Virus record (IMG/VR): IMGVR_UViG_3300030085_002431 | Coordinates: 124,001 to 188,000 of that record | Direction: 5' to 3' (one strand) | DNA: 64,000 nucleotides | Part shown: one piece after another, positions 38,917 through 46,781 of the stretch | Numbering within the stretch: position 1 is the first letter of the stretch | Layout: each line of letters begins with the position of its first letter | The notes under the pieces: generated by a model | Databases searched by the model: none | What the model saw: the letters and a program-made list of their open reading frames with translations, nothing else | What the model was told of the DNA's origin: nothing | Translations under genes and position numbers: made by a program

Positions 38917-39219
38917 ATGGAAAAATACGTGCCCAGGGAAATGTGGACTGTATATGATTCGGTTGGACGAAAAGTTGCCGACTGTGGTTGGGAACGTGAT
39001 GCTGCTATATTGGCAGAACGTCGCAATGGAACTTATCGCAGAAACAATACCGACCTCCCTGGTCCCGTAATTGACGTTGAGGTTCAGAAAGCATTACCTA
39101 CATCTAATGTAGTAATTACGTCTGAACCTGAGAAGGAACCTGTAGAGGTTCCAAAACAATTAGAAACTTTTACCTTTAGACTTTCTGAATCTGAATGGGA
39201 AGCCGTTGACCTACACTGA
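38917..39219 (+). CDS. Hypothetical protein
   Basis: ORF; start 38917 or 38941. Confidence 0.6.
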   Translation: MEKYVPREMWTVYDSVGRKVADCGWERDAAILAERRNGTYRRNNTDLPGPVIDVEVQKALPTSNVVITSEPEKEPVEVPKQLETFTFRLSESEWEAVDLH

Positions 39220-39232
39220 GTAAGATTGCTCA

Positions 39233-39261
39233 TTGACCCCTATTGTAAAGTTGTGTAAACT
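39233..39261 (+). promoter_or_regulatory. sigma70 promoter of psbD operon with HLR1-like repeat in spacer
   Basis: TTGACC-17-TAAACT; minus-strand TTTACACA-AC-TTTACAAT. Confidence 0.6.
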
Positions 39262-39275
39262 AAATAGGTCAGGTT

Positions 39276-39530
39276 ATGAGAGAACTCATGATTGGTAAAC
39301 TCGATCCAGAGGAACGTGTTTTGGAAGAATTACAAGTCTTCCAGCAGACCTCGGACGCACCATATGACCGTCACGTTTATCAAGTAAAGATGAACGGTGA
39401 GTCATTCATTGTCGAAGACTACGAAGACCTTAGAGCACTTTGGTTTCAACAATTAAGAAACTTTAGTGGTGTTACTGTAGAAGTCTTAGACGTTCAGAAA
39501 AAGAAAAAATCTAAAGGAGGTTTCAAGTAA
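39276..39530 (+). CDS. Hypothetical protein preceding psbD
   Basis: QTSDAPYDRH...KSKGGFK. Confidence 0.7.
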   Translation: MRELMIGKLDPEERVLEELQVFQQTSDAPYDRHVYQVKMNGESFIVEDYEDLRALWFQQLRNFSGVTVEVLDVQKKKKSKGGFK

Positions 39531-40573
39531 ATGGTTGCATCTACATTACAACCGCAACGGAGGGAATGGTTCGATGTCTTGGATGACTGGCTTAAACGAG
39601 ACCGCTTTGTATTTGTGGGTTGGTCTGGATTACTACTTTTTCCCACTGCTTATTTGGCAATTGGTGGCTGGCTTACTGGCACGACGTTTGTTACGAGCTG
39701 GTATACCCACGGACTGGCGTCTAGTTATCTTGAGGGTGCTAATTTCCTCACGGCAGCTGTGTCAACTCCTGCTGATGCTATGGGTCATTCTCTTCTTCTA
39801 CTTTGGGGTCCTGAGTCTCAGGGGGACTTTCAGCGGTGGCTCCAACNNNNNNNNNNGCGCTCCACGGAGCCTTTGCTCTCATCGGTTTTATGCTCAGGCA
39901 GTTTGAACTTGCTCGTCTAATCGGAATCCGTCCCTACAATGCGATTGCTTTCTCTGGTCCTATTGCTGTTTTCGTTAGTGTCTTTCTCATCTACCCTTTG
40001 GGTCAATCGAGTTGGTTTTTCGCTCCATCTTTTGGGGTCGCAGCAATCTTCAGATTCCTTCTCTTCCTTCAGGGATTCCACAACTGGACATTGAACCCCT
40101 TCCATATGATGGGTGTTGCTGGTATACTTGGTGGAGCACTCCTGTCTGCTATTCATGGGGTGACTGTAGAGAACACCCTGTATGAAGATGGAGAACAAGC
40201 AAACACATTTAAAGCATTTGATTCTACGCAAGAAGAGGAGACTTACTCAATGGTTACGGCGAACCGTTTCTGGTCTCAGATTTTCGGTATTGCCTTTTCT
40301 AATAAGAGGTGGTTGCATTTCTTTATGCTGTTTGTTCCTGTTATGGGTCTTTGGACATCTAGCATCGGCATTATTGGTCTTGCTCTTAATCTTAGGGCTT
40401 ATGATTTCGTGAGTCAGGAGATTCGTGCATCGGAAGACCCTGAGTTTGAAACGTTCTATACCAAGAACATTCTCTTGAATGAAGGTCTCCGTGCTTGGAT
40501 GGCACCTGTTGACCAACCACATGAACAGTTTGTATTCCCAGAGGAAGTTCTTCCTAGAGGAAATGCACTGTAA
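39531..40573 (+). CDS. psbD: Photosystem II D2 (10-N scaffold gap at 39847-39856)
   Basis: [14 protein letters not shown]...[10 protein letters not shown]. Confidence 0.97.
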
Positions 40574-40816
40574 TGAAAACAAAATGCTGCCAGTTTGGTT
40601 GTCCCAATTGTCCATGGGGATTTAAGTTACCCAAACAGAAAGAAAAACAAAATGATAAGTTCGGAAACACCAGATAAATTGGCAGAAATTATCCGAGATA
40701 CATGGCCGATGATATATCGGCCACCAAAGGATTTTAAAAAAGAAAAGAAAAAGAAGGAGGAATAAAACCCTCCCTTTTTTATGCGATCCCTAAATAGTAA
40801 TAGGTCGCAGTATCGT

Positions 40817-41197
40817 ATGGAAGTACTCAACTCTCCCCAGGATTTTCTGTTCAATCTTAAAACCTGTTCTCCTTCAGAAGCACGACGAATGTGGAAGGAA
40901 AGCATAAAGAAAAAATGGAAACATAAGTGTGCATATTGCGGAGAGAAGAGTGAGGAGTTATCATTAGACCATATAGTTCCACAAGCAAAAGGTGGAAACG
41001 ACCATATCACAAACGTTTGCTGTGCTTGCGTCAAGTGCAATAGAGACAAAGCACATGAGCAGATGGAAGCATGGTATTTCAGACAGGACTTCTTTACAAC
41101 TGCACGATATGATGCTATCGTGGCATGGCAGAAACAAATGACTAACCAAGAAGTCACCCTACATAGATACAAACCCCGCAGGAATAAAGTCTTATGA
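40817..41197 (+). CDS. HNH endonuclease
   Basis: CAYCG...LDHIVP..KGG...N...CVKCNRDK. Confidence 0.92.
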   Translation: MEVLNSPQDFLFNLKTCSPSEARRMWKESIKKKWKHKCAYCGEKSEELSLDHIVPQAKGGNDHITNVCCACVKCNRDKAHEQMEAWYFRQDFFTTARYDAIVAWQKQMTNQEVTLHRYKPRRNKVL

Positions 41198-41430
41198 ACA
41201 TCACTATTCATAGTAAGTATGGGTGCCCATACTGTGAAAAAATTAAAGCAGTACTCGACCAACGAGATATGGAATACAATGTTCTTACGTTGGAAGAAGA
41301 TTTTACAGAAGACGAATTCAGGGAAGAGTTTGGTTTAGATGCAACTTTTCCTAGAGTAGTTATTGACGGTGCTATCATTGGTGGATGCCGTGACACTGTT
41401 GAGTACTTACTCAATAAGGATATGTTTTGA
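41194..41430 (+). CDS. nrdC: Glutaredoxin
   Basis: CPYC, TFP, IGG. Confidence 0.9.
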   Translation: MNITIHSKYGCPYCEKIKAVLDQRDMEYNVLTLEEDFTEDEFREEFGLDATFPRVVIDGAIIGGCRDTVEYLLNKDMF

Positions 41431-41618
41431 TGTCCTCTATAAATAACAATGATACTTCTGGTGTAAACAGGGGTGTTGAGTTAATATTAAAAAAGAGGAG
41501 GGAATCCAAACCCAAGGAAATAAAGAAACCATTCTTTAGTTTTCTTAAGATGTTTTCCCTCTTCAAGAGGGAAATAAAGATTAGTTTTAGTATAGACGTT
41601 ACTAAAAAATTAAATTAG
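41427..41618 (+). CDS. Hypothetical protein
   Basis: NRGVELIL. Confidence 0.55.
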   Translation: MMSSINNNDTSGVNRGVELILKKRRESKPKEIKKPFFSFLKMFSLFKREIKISFSIDVTKKLN

Positions 41619-41638
41619 TTCTCTCGGAGGGTAGAGTC

Positions 41639-41857
41639 ATGTTAGCAGCAGAACTCATTATTTTTTCAATGGTTTCAATTCTGTTCTTGTTTGTAGGAGG
41701 AATCGTTGGATGGTTAGCAAAAGACTACGTTTATCAGACTCAACCAGTATATACACACCCCGAAATGTTTGATGCAAACGGAAACATTTTACCAGATGAA
41801 ATTTTAGCAGTACGATTTGAAAATGGCTATGACGACGACGAAGAAGACGACGAGTGA
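41639..41857 (+). CDS. Small membrane protein
   Basis: TM, HPEMFDANG. Confidence 0.7.
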   Translation: MLAAELIIFSMVSILFLFVGGIVGWLAKDYVYQTQPVYTHPEMFDANGNILPDEILAVRFENGYDDDEEDDE

Positions 41858-42413
41858 AGCAAAACCAAAAGTGAGCAGACGCAAGTCTGCTCCGAAAGCA
41901 ATCGAACAACTTCCTCCCAATCCCTTCACTTTTGAAGTTTTGAATCTTGCTGCAAAGCAGAGAAGCAAAGCAAAGAAGATTGAAGTATTGCAGAAGTACG
42001 AGCACGATTCAATCAAAGCAATTCTAATTTGGAATTTTGATGAAACCGTGATTTCCGTACTTCCCCCAGGAGAGGTCCCGTACTATGATGATGAGGAAAG
42101 GTCCTTGTCTGAACGCATTGCAGAGGCAGTAGAGGCACTGAATGGTGGTAAGTCCGTAGGTGCATTAGACACCAAGTTCACCGCACTCAGAACCGAATAT
42201 ACCAAACTCTACAATTTCATTAAAGGTGGAAACGATAGATTGAATAGTCTCCGTAGAGAGAATATTTTTATTGACCTTCTCAAAGGTCTTCATCCCCTTG
42301 AAGCAGAAATTATTTGTCTCTGTAAAGACAAGTTACTGACTAATAGATACAACCTGACAAAGGAGTTAGTATCTGAAGCATATCCTGATATTACCTGGGG
42401 AGGTAGAAGTTGA
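41823..42413 (+). CDS. Conserved T4-like hypothetical protein
   Basis: LIWNFD...LPPGEVPY...RRENIF..LLKGLHPLEA. Confidence 0.75.
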   Translation: MAMTTTKKTTSEAKPKVSRRKSAPKAIEQLPPNPFTFEVLNLAAKQRSKAKKIEVLQKYEHDSIKAILIWNFDETVISVLPPGEVPYYDDEERSLSERIAEAVEALNGGKSVGALDTKFTALRTEYTKLYNFIKGGNDRLNSLRRENIFIDLLKGLHPLEAEIICLCKDKLLTNRYNLTKELVSEAYPDITWGGRS

Positions 42414-42673
42414 AACAATTGAAGGTTATTCACAAAGAATGTGATCCCACCCTTGCACAAGACAGAACACTTCCATACACTGCCTACATTGTAGAGTATG
42501 TACAGGATGGAATTACCAAGTTCGATATTGTAACTGCTTCAAAACAAGTAGAAATATTCGATTACTACTGGGATAACTATCGGAGTGACTTCAAGAATAT
42601 GACACAAACAGAGGGGAGAGCTAACCCCAAACTTTGGGGAAACAAAGGACCCTCAGATAAAAAGAAAAAATGA
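42410..42673 (+). CDS. Hypothetical protein
   Basis: DRTLPYTAY...GRANPKLWG. Confidence 0.7.
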   Translation: MKQLKVIHKECDPTLAQDRTLPYTAYIVEYVQDGITKFDIVTASKQVEIFDYYWDNYRSDFKNMTQTEGRANPKLWGNKGPSDKKKK

Positions 42674-42834
42674 AAGAGAAATTTGAAGATGTCCTGAAGA
42701 GAGAACTCAAAGCAGAGTTTAAAAAACAGATGGATGTCGATGTCAATGAAGCAGAACTAGATAAGGTTCTGAAACAGTACACCAAAGTAAAAAAGTCCAA
42801 TCTTCATGAAATCAGGAGACTGGACAAGTCTTAA
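42670..42834 (+). CDS. Hypothetical protein (54 aa)
   Basis: ATGA overlap. Confidence 0.55.
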   Translation: MKEKFEDVLKRELKAEFKKQMDVDVNEAELDKVLKQYTKVKKSNLHEIRRLDKS

Positions 42835-42847
42835 GTTAGATTAAAAT

Positions 42848-42861
42848 GTATCACATGTTAC
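42848..42861. promoter_or_regulatory. NtcA-type binding site
   Basis: (T)GTA-TCACATGT-TAC(A) = GTA-N8-TAC. Confidence 0.7.
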
Positions 42862-42869
42862 ACATGTGG

Positions 42870-42898
42870 TTGACTATATAAAAGACAGGGACTATAAT
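42870..42898 (+). promoter_or_regulatory. sigma70 promoter
   Basis: TTGACT-17-TATAAT. Confidence 0.85.
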
Positions 42899-42907
42899 GT
42901 CCTCATA

Positions 42908-43141
42908 CGTTCATCCTAATGCTCAGTCTAATACTGGCATTGACCTTAGCCCATCATGATGATGCTAATCCATATGGTTGGCATATGAGTTGTGAAAGGT
43001 TTTTAGAGAAACGAGTTGAAATCCTTATGGACGACAACTTGGACCGACGTGCAAAGTATAACCTTATAGGTTATTTTAAATCGAAGGTTCCAGGTGAATG
43101 CAATAGTATACTGACTTAGGACGCAAGTAAGTCGCGGAACG
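42908..43141 (+). ncRNA. Glutamine-riboswitch-like unit 1, ORF in P2 loop
   Basis: P1 CGTTC/GAACG; P2 TCCTAA/TTAGGA; CGCAAGTA junction. Confidence 0.7.
42919..43119 (+). CDS. 66-aa protein nested in riboswitch unit 1
   Basis: Hydrophobic N-terminus, Cys25/Cys61. Confidence 0.7.
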   Translation: MLSLILALTLAHHDDANPYGWHMSCERFLEKRVEILMDDNLDRRAKYNLIGYFKSKVPGECNSILT

Positions 43142-43144
43142 GAG

Positions 43145-43323
43145 CGTTCATCCCATGTTAGAATTACTACTCTACAGTAATATTCACTGCATTGATGCTG
43201 TTGAAATGATTCAACGCATTGAAGCAAATAAAAATGTGGATAAAGTTATTCGCACTGAGGTGATTGAGACCTTAAAGGAAGCAACACCTGAGTGTAATTG
43301 GGACGCAAACGACTGAAGGAACG
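43145..43323 (+). ncRNA. Glutamine-riboswitch-like unit 2, ORF in P2 loop
   Basis: P1 CGTTC/GAACG; P2 TCCCA/TGGGA; CGCAAA-CGACT-GAAG. Confidence 0.7.
43155..43316 (+). CDS. 53-aa protein nested in riboswitch unit 2
   Basis: MLELLLYSNIHC...TPECNWDAND; GGAG SD at 43141-43144. Confidence 0.7.
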   Translation: MLELLLYSNIHCIDAVEMIQRIEANKNVDKVIRTEVIETLKEATPECNWDAND

Positions 43324-43356
43324 GGGCTACAATCCCATTCTTTTAGGAGACCTACA

Positions 43357-43524
43357 ATGAACACCCTCAATCTCATTCGCAAGCAAATCGAAAAGCAGGC
43401 AGCACTGCATGACGCACAAATCTCTCATACCGCATATCGTGGTGTTGAGTATGACCAACGTTGTGTAGAGTCCAAAGAGACTCATGGAACTTTCTGCTAT
43501 CGTGGCAAAACTTACACCAAGTAA
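43357..43524 (+). CDS. DUF4278-like YRG peptide (55 aa)
   Basis: AGGAGA SD; AYRGVEY and CYRGKTY. Confidence 0.85.
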   Translation: MNTLNLIRKQIEKQAALHDAQISHTAYRGVEYDQRCVESKETHGTFCYRGKTYTK

Positions 43525-43528
43525 ACCC

Positions 43529-43624
43529 ATGCAACAATTAACAGTCGTTGGATTAATTTCCTTAGGTTGTATTGCATTTATCGGAATGATGTATGGTGAG
43601 ATTCTCCTCCTGAATAGGAGGTAG
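43529..43624 (+). CDS. 31-aa membrane peptide
   Basis: MQQLTVVGLISLGCIAFIGMMYGEILLLNRR. Confidence 0.55.
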   Translation: MQQLTVVGLISLGCIAFIGMMYGEILLLNRR

Positions 43625-43801
43625 ATGGAACACTACACTTATCATCATGATGATAAGGACAAAGATAGTAGACCACCAGCATGTTATCAACTCACATATA
43701 GAGGTGTTAACTACTGGTCCTGTTATCAAATCCACTTGGATGAATGGTTTGAAAAATTATATACAACTTCAGCATTTTCTGAAGATTTAAAGGGGAGGTA
43801 A
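43625..43801 (+). CDS. Second YRG-motif peptide (58 aa)
   Basis: AGGAGG SD; LTYRGVNY. Confidence 0.7.
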   Translation: MEHYTYHHDDKDKDSRPPACYQLTYRGVNYWSCYQIHLDEWFEKLYTTSAFSEDLKGR

Positions 43802-43819
43802 AGTTACCTCTCTTTTTTT
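43791..43819 (+). terminator. Intrinsic terminator
   Basis: AGGGGAGGTAA...TTACCTCTCT followed by T run. Confidence 0.75.
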
Positions 43820-43877
43820 ATGCAATCGTGTTTAGTTAATTGAAGATTCATTTCCTCTATGTAAAAAAGCAATAAAT

Positions 43878-43891
43878 GTATATTAAGATAC
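43878..43891. promoter_or_regulatory. Second NtcA-type site
   Basis: GTA-TATTAAGA-TAC, TAGAAT 20 nt downstream. Confidence 0.55.
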
Positions 43892-44003
43892 CAAAACTTG
43901 TCTAGATAGTATAGAATTTATGAGGTGAGCCATGCACTTAAACTTCTGGGGTTAGTGATCCCGAACTTTATATTATCTCTCTCCCGTTGAAATTTTGGAG
44001 GTT

Positions 44004-44177
44004 ATGATGCACAACATCATTGCTAGAGAACAACTAACTGAATGGAGGCACTTTGAAGATACTATCGATGACCTAGAGTCTGAACTTCAAATCATTAACG
44101 ACTACTACGAATGCCTAATCGAGTGCGATGAAGACCAAGCAACATGTAAGAGAATATGTAGGAGACTCTTATCATGA
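44004..44177 (+). CDS. Small Cys-rich protein
   Basis: GGAGG SD; YYECLIECDEDQATCKRIC. Confidence 0.75.
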   Translation: MMHNIIAREQLTEWRHFEDTIDDLESELQIINDYYECLIECDEDQATCKRICRRLLS

Positions 44178-44199
44178 ATGATTGCTAATATAGATTGCA

Positions 44200-44237
44200 A
44201 AGGAGACCTTGACGGGTCTCCTTTTTTTATGTAGAAT
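44200..44237 (+). terminator. Terminator with embedded promoter (TTGACG-17-TAGAAT)
   Basis: AAGGAGACC-TTGACG-GGTCTCCTT followed by T run. Confidence 0.75.
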
Positions 44238-44262
44238 CGAGGTTGATCCCTCACATGGTTTT

Positions 44263-44439
44263 ATGGACAAGGAACGATTAAAACTAATTGTTAGAAATCT
44301 AGAATTGCTTGTCGATGGTCTGAAGTCGGAAGTCTATTCTGATGTTGACGCCTACAAGGCAGAGAACTATGATGACCCTCCTGAGTACTACCATGATTAT
44401 GATGAGGTCTTCTCCGACGATGATGGATACCCCGACTGA
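44263..44439 (+). CDS. Acidic hypothetical protein
   Basis: MDKERLKLIVRNLELLV. Confidence 0.7.
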   Translation: MDKERLKLIVRNLELLVDGLKSEVYSDVDAYKAENYDDPPEYYHDYDEVFSDDDGYPD

Positions 44440-44443
44440 ACGA

Positions 44444-45085
44444 ATGACCCAAACTGTAACTCTAGTCTCTGTTACTCCTGATGCAGAGAAGCACATGGCA
44501 TATTGTGCCCGTGTAAGCAATCCTAATAATCAGGAAAATGAGAAGTTCTCTGGACTCCTCAAGTATTGTGTGAAGCACCAGCATTGGAGCATCTTTGAGC
44601 AAGCATTCATGACTCTGGAAATCAACACTACCAGGGGTCTGGCAGCTCAAATACTGCGCCATCGCTCATTTACATATCAAGAATTTTCACAACGGTATGC
44701 TGATTCTTCCCTACTCTCGGAGACGATCCCTCTACCTGAACTACGCAGACAAGACACCAAGAATCGTCAGAATTCTATTGATGATGTTGACCCGTTTACG
44801 GTGCAGAAGTTTGAAATGCTGATGCAACAGCACTTTCAGGCAGGTATGGACCTCTATCAGAAGATGCTCAATGAGGGGATCGCAAAGGAGTGTGCCCGCT
44901 TTGTGCTTCCTTTAGCATGTCCCACAAGACTTTACATGACGGGATCTGTGCGCTCATGGATCCATTATATCGATTTGCGTTCTGCTAATGGAACACAGAA
45001 AGAACATATGGACATTGCCAATATGGCAAAGGGAATCTTTATTGAACAATTCCCTGCTGTTGCTGAGGCAATGGAGTGGGTCTAA
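44444..45085 (+). CDS. thyX: FAD-dependent thymidylate synthase
   Basis: RHRSFTYQEFSQRY, ECARFVLP. Confidence 0.96.
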   Translation: MTQTVTLVSVTPDAEKHMAYCARVSNPNNQENEKFSGLLKYCVKHQHWSIFEQAFMTLEINTTRGLAAQILRHRSFTYQEFSQRYADSSLLSETIPLPELRRQDTKNRQNSIDDVDPFTVQKFEMLMQQHFQAGMDLYQKMLNEGIAKECARFVLPLACPTRLYMTGSVRSWIHYIDLRSANGTQKEHMDIANMAKGIFIEQFPAVAEAMEWV

Positions 45086-45107
45086 ATAGAGTACATTGAG
45101 AAATATT

Positions 45108-45353
45108 ATGGCAACATACCCTGTTAAACACAAAGAAACTGGTGAAACAAAAGAAATTGTCATGAGTATTCATGATTGGGACCAGTGGAAAGAAGATAAT
45201 CCTGAGTGGGAAAGATATTACACTCCTGAAAATGCTCCTAAGTTTGGAGAGGTTGGTGATTTCCAAAACAAACTCGTTAAAAACCATCCTGGTTGGAACG
45301 AGGTACTAGAAAAAGCATCACAACAACCTGGAGCACGTAACCTGAAGATTTGA
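45108..45353 (+). CDS. Conserved small protein (FmdB-like N-terminus)
   Basis: MATYPV..KETGE...GWNEVL. Confidence 0.7.
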   Translation: MATYPVKHKETGETKEIVMSIHDWDQWKEDNPEWERYYTPENAPKFGEVGDFQNKLVKNHPGWNEVLEKASQQPGARNLKI

Positions 45354-45354
45354 C

Positions 45355-46107
45355 ATGGCAAGAAGAAAAAAGACAGGACAAAACATTGGGATTGGTCAAA
45401 CTGCTAAACAGTTGAAAAGGAAAAAACCAATCAATCAAGATTTGCTCATTCCAATTGAACCACTAACAGACAATCAAAAATCATTCTTTGAGTCTTATGC
45501 AAATGATAAGCAAATTGTTGCTTATGGTTGTGCTGGAACAGGTAAGACATTCATTGCCTTGTACAATGCACTTAAAGATGTTCTGAATGAAATTACTCCT
45601 TACGAGCAAATTTATATTGTCCGTTCGTTGGTAGCAACCAGAGAAATTGGTTTTCTTCCTGGAGACCATGATGACAAAGCAGCACTTTATCAGATTCCAT
45701 ATAAGAATATGGTGAAGTATATGTTCCAGTTGCCAACTGAAACTGACTTTGAGATGCTTTACGGTAACCTCAAGCAGCAAGAAACTATCAAGTTCTGGTC
45801 TACTTCATTCCTTCGAGGAACTACTCTGGATAACTCCATTATTATTGTGGATGAATTCCAGAATATGAATTTCCACGAACTTGATTCTATTATTACCCGT
45901 GTTGGTGAAAATAGTAGAATTATTTTCTGTGGTGATGGAAGACAGTCTGACCTTATCAAAGACAAAGAACGTAATGGCATCAGTGACTTCATGGATGTCT
46001 TGAGAAAAATGCCATCCTTTGATATAATTGAATTTGATATCAATGATATTGTCCGTTCTGGACTTGTCAAAGAGTATCTTGTTGCAAAGATGGAAACAGG
46101 AATCTAA
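45355..46107 (+). CDS. phoH: PhoH-family ATPase
   Basis: GCAGTGKT, IGFLPG, RGTT, DEFQN, GD..QSD, DIVRS. Confidence 0.96.
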   Translation: MARRKKTGQNIGIGQTAKQLKRKKPINQDLLIPIEPLTDNQKSFFESYANDKQIVAYGCAGTGKTFIALYNALKDVLNEITPYEQIYIVRSLVATREIGFLPGDHDDKAALYQIPYKNMVKYMFQLPTETDFEMLYGNLKQQETIKFWSTSFLRGTTLDNSIIIVDEFQNMNFHELDSIITRVGENSRIIFCGDGRQSDLIKDKERNGISDFMDVLRKMPSFDIIEFDINDIVRSGLVKEYLVAKMETGI

Positions 46108-46108
46108 T

Positions 46109-46780
46109 TTGGAATTTAACCACATCGATTTAAAATTACCTCGTCTGGAACGAGAAACCATTGACGGAGTTCGGTTCTACAAAGTACCTGATGGAGATGA
46201 GTTAGTTAAACTTGTCTCTATCACTTCAGTCACTAGTCATAAGAACAAAGAGTTCTTCGCACAGTGGAGAAAAAAGGTCGGAGTAGAGAAAGCAGATAAG
46301 ATTACAAAGCAGGCAACGAGTCGTGGAACTGACATGCATACGTTGACTGAGAACTATCTGCTGAATATTCCAGAACTACCCAAAGTTCAACCACTATCTG
46401 AATTTTTATTCAAGATTGCCAAACCAGAGCTAGATAATATAAATAATATCCATGCTTTAGAAGGTTCTCTGTTTAGTCGGTATCTAGGGATTGCAGGAAC
46501 TGTTGATTGTATTGCTGAGTACAACGGTGAATTAGCAATCATTGACTTCAAAACTTCCAAAAAACCTAAACCAGAAGAGTGGATTGAACACTACTTCGTG
46601 CAGTGTTGTGCATATGCATGTATGCTTCATGAAATGACTGGTATTTCAGTCAAAAAGTTCGTAATTTTAATGGCATGTGAAAATGGAGAATGCGTCGTCT
46701 ATGAAAAGTATGACAAAGAAAAATACATCAGATTGCTCGTCCAATATATTAGAGAATTTGTTAACAGTAGAACTTCTTAA
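46109..46780 (+). CDS. PD-(D/E)xK exonuclease
   Basis: RGTDMH, AGTVDC, IDFKTS, YFVQ...Y; TTG start. Confidence 0.88.
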   Translation: MEFNHIDLKLPRLERETIDGVRFYKVPDGDELVKLVSITSVTSHKNKEFFAQWRKKVGVEKADKITKQATSRGTDMHTLTENYLLNIPELPKVQPLSEFLFKIAKPELDNINNIHALEGSLFSRYLGIAGTVDCIAEYNGELAIIDFKTSKKPKPEEWIEHYFVQCCAYACMLHEMTGISVKKFVILMACENGECVVYEKYDKEKYIRLLVQYIREFVNSRTS

Positions 46781-46781
46781 T

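Noticed and set aside
39847-39856. Apparent psbD frameshift, pseudogene or intron
   Set aside because: Ten Ns replace about 23 nt expected for the LGGLWxFV segment; this is an assembly placeholder and both flanks are intact D2
44342-46781. Long N-terminal extensions of thyX, exonuclease and gp33 in the ORF track (likewise gnd and gp4)
   Set aside because: They overlap upstream genes; conserved domains begin at downstream starts
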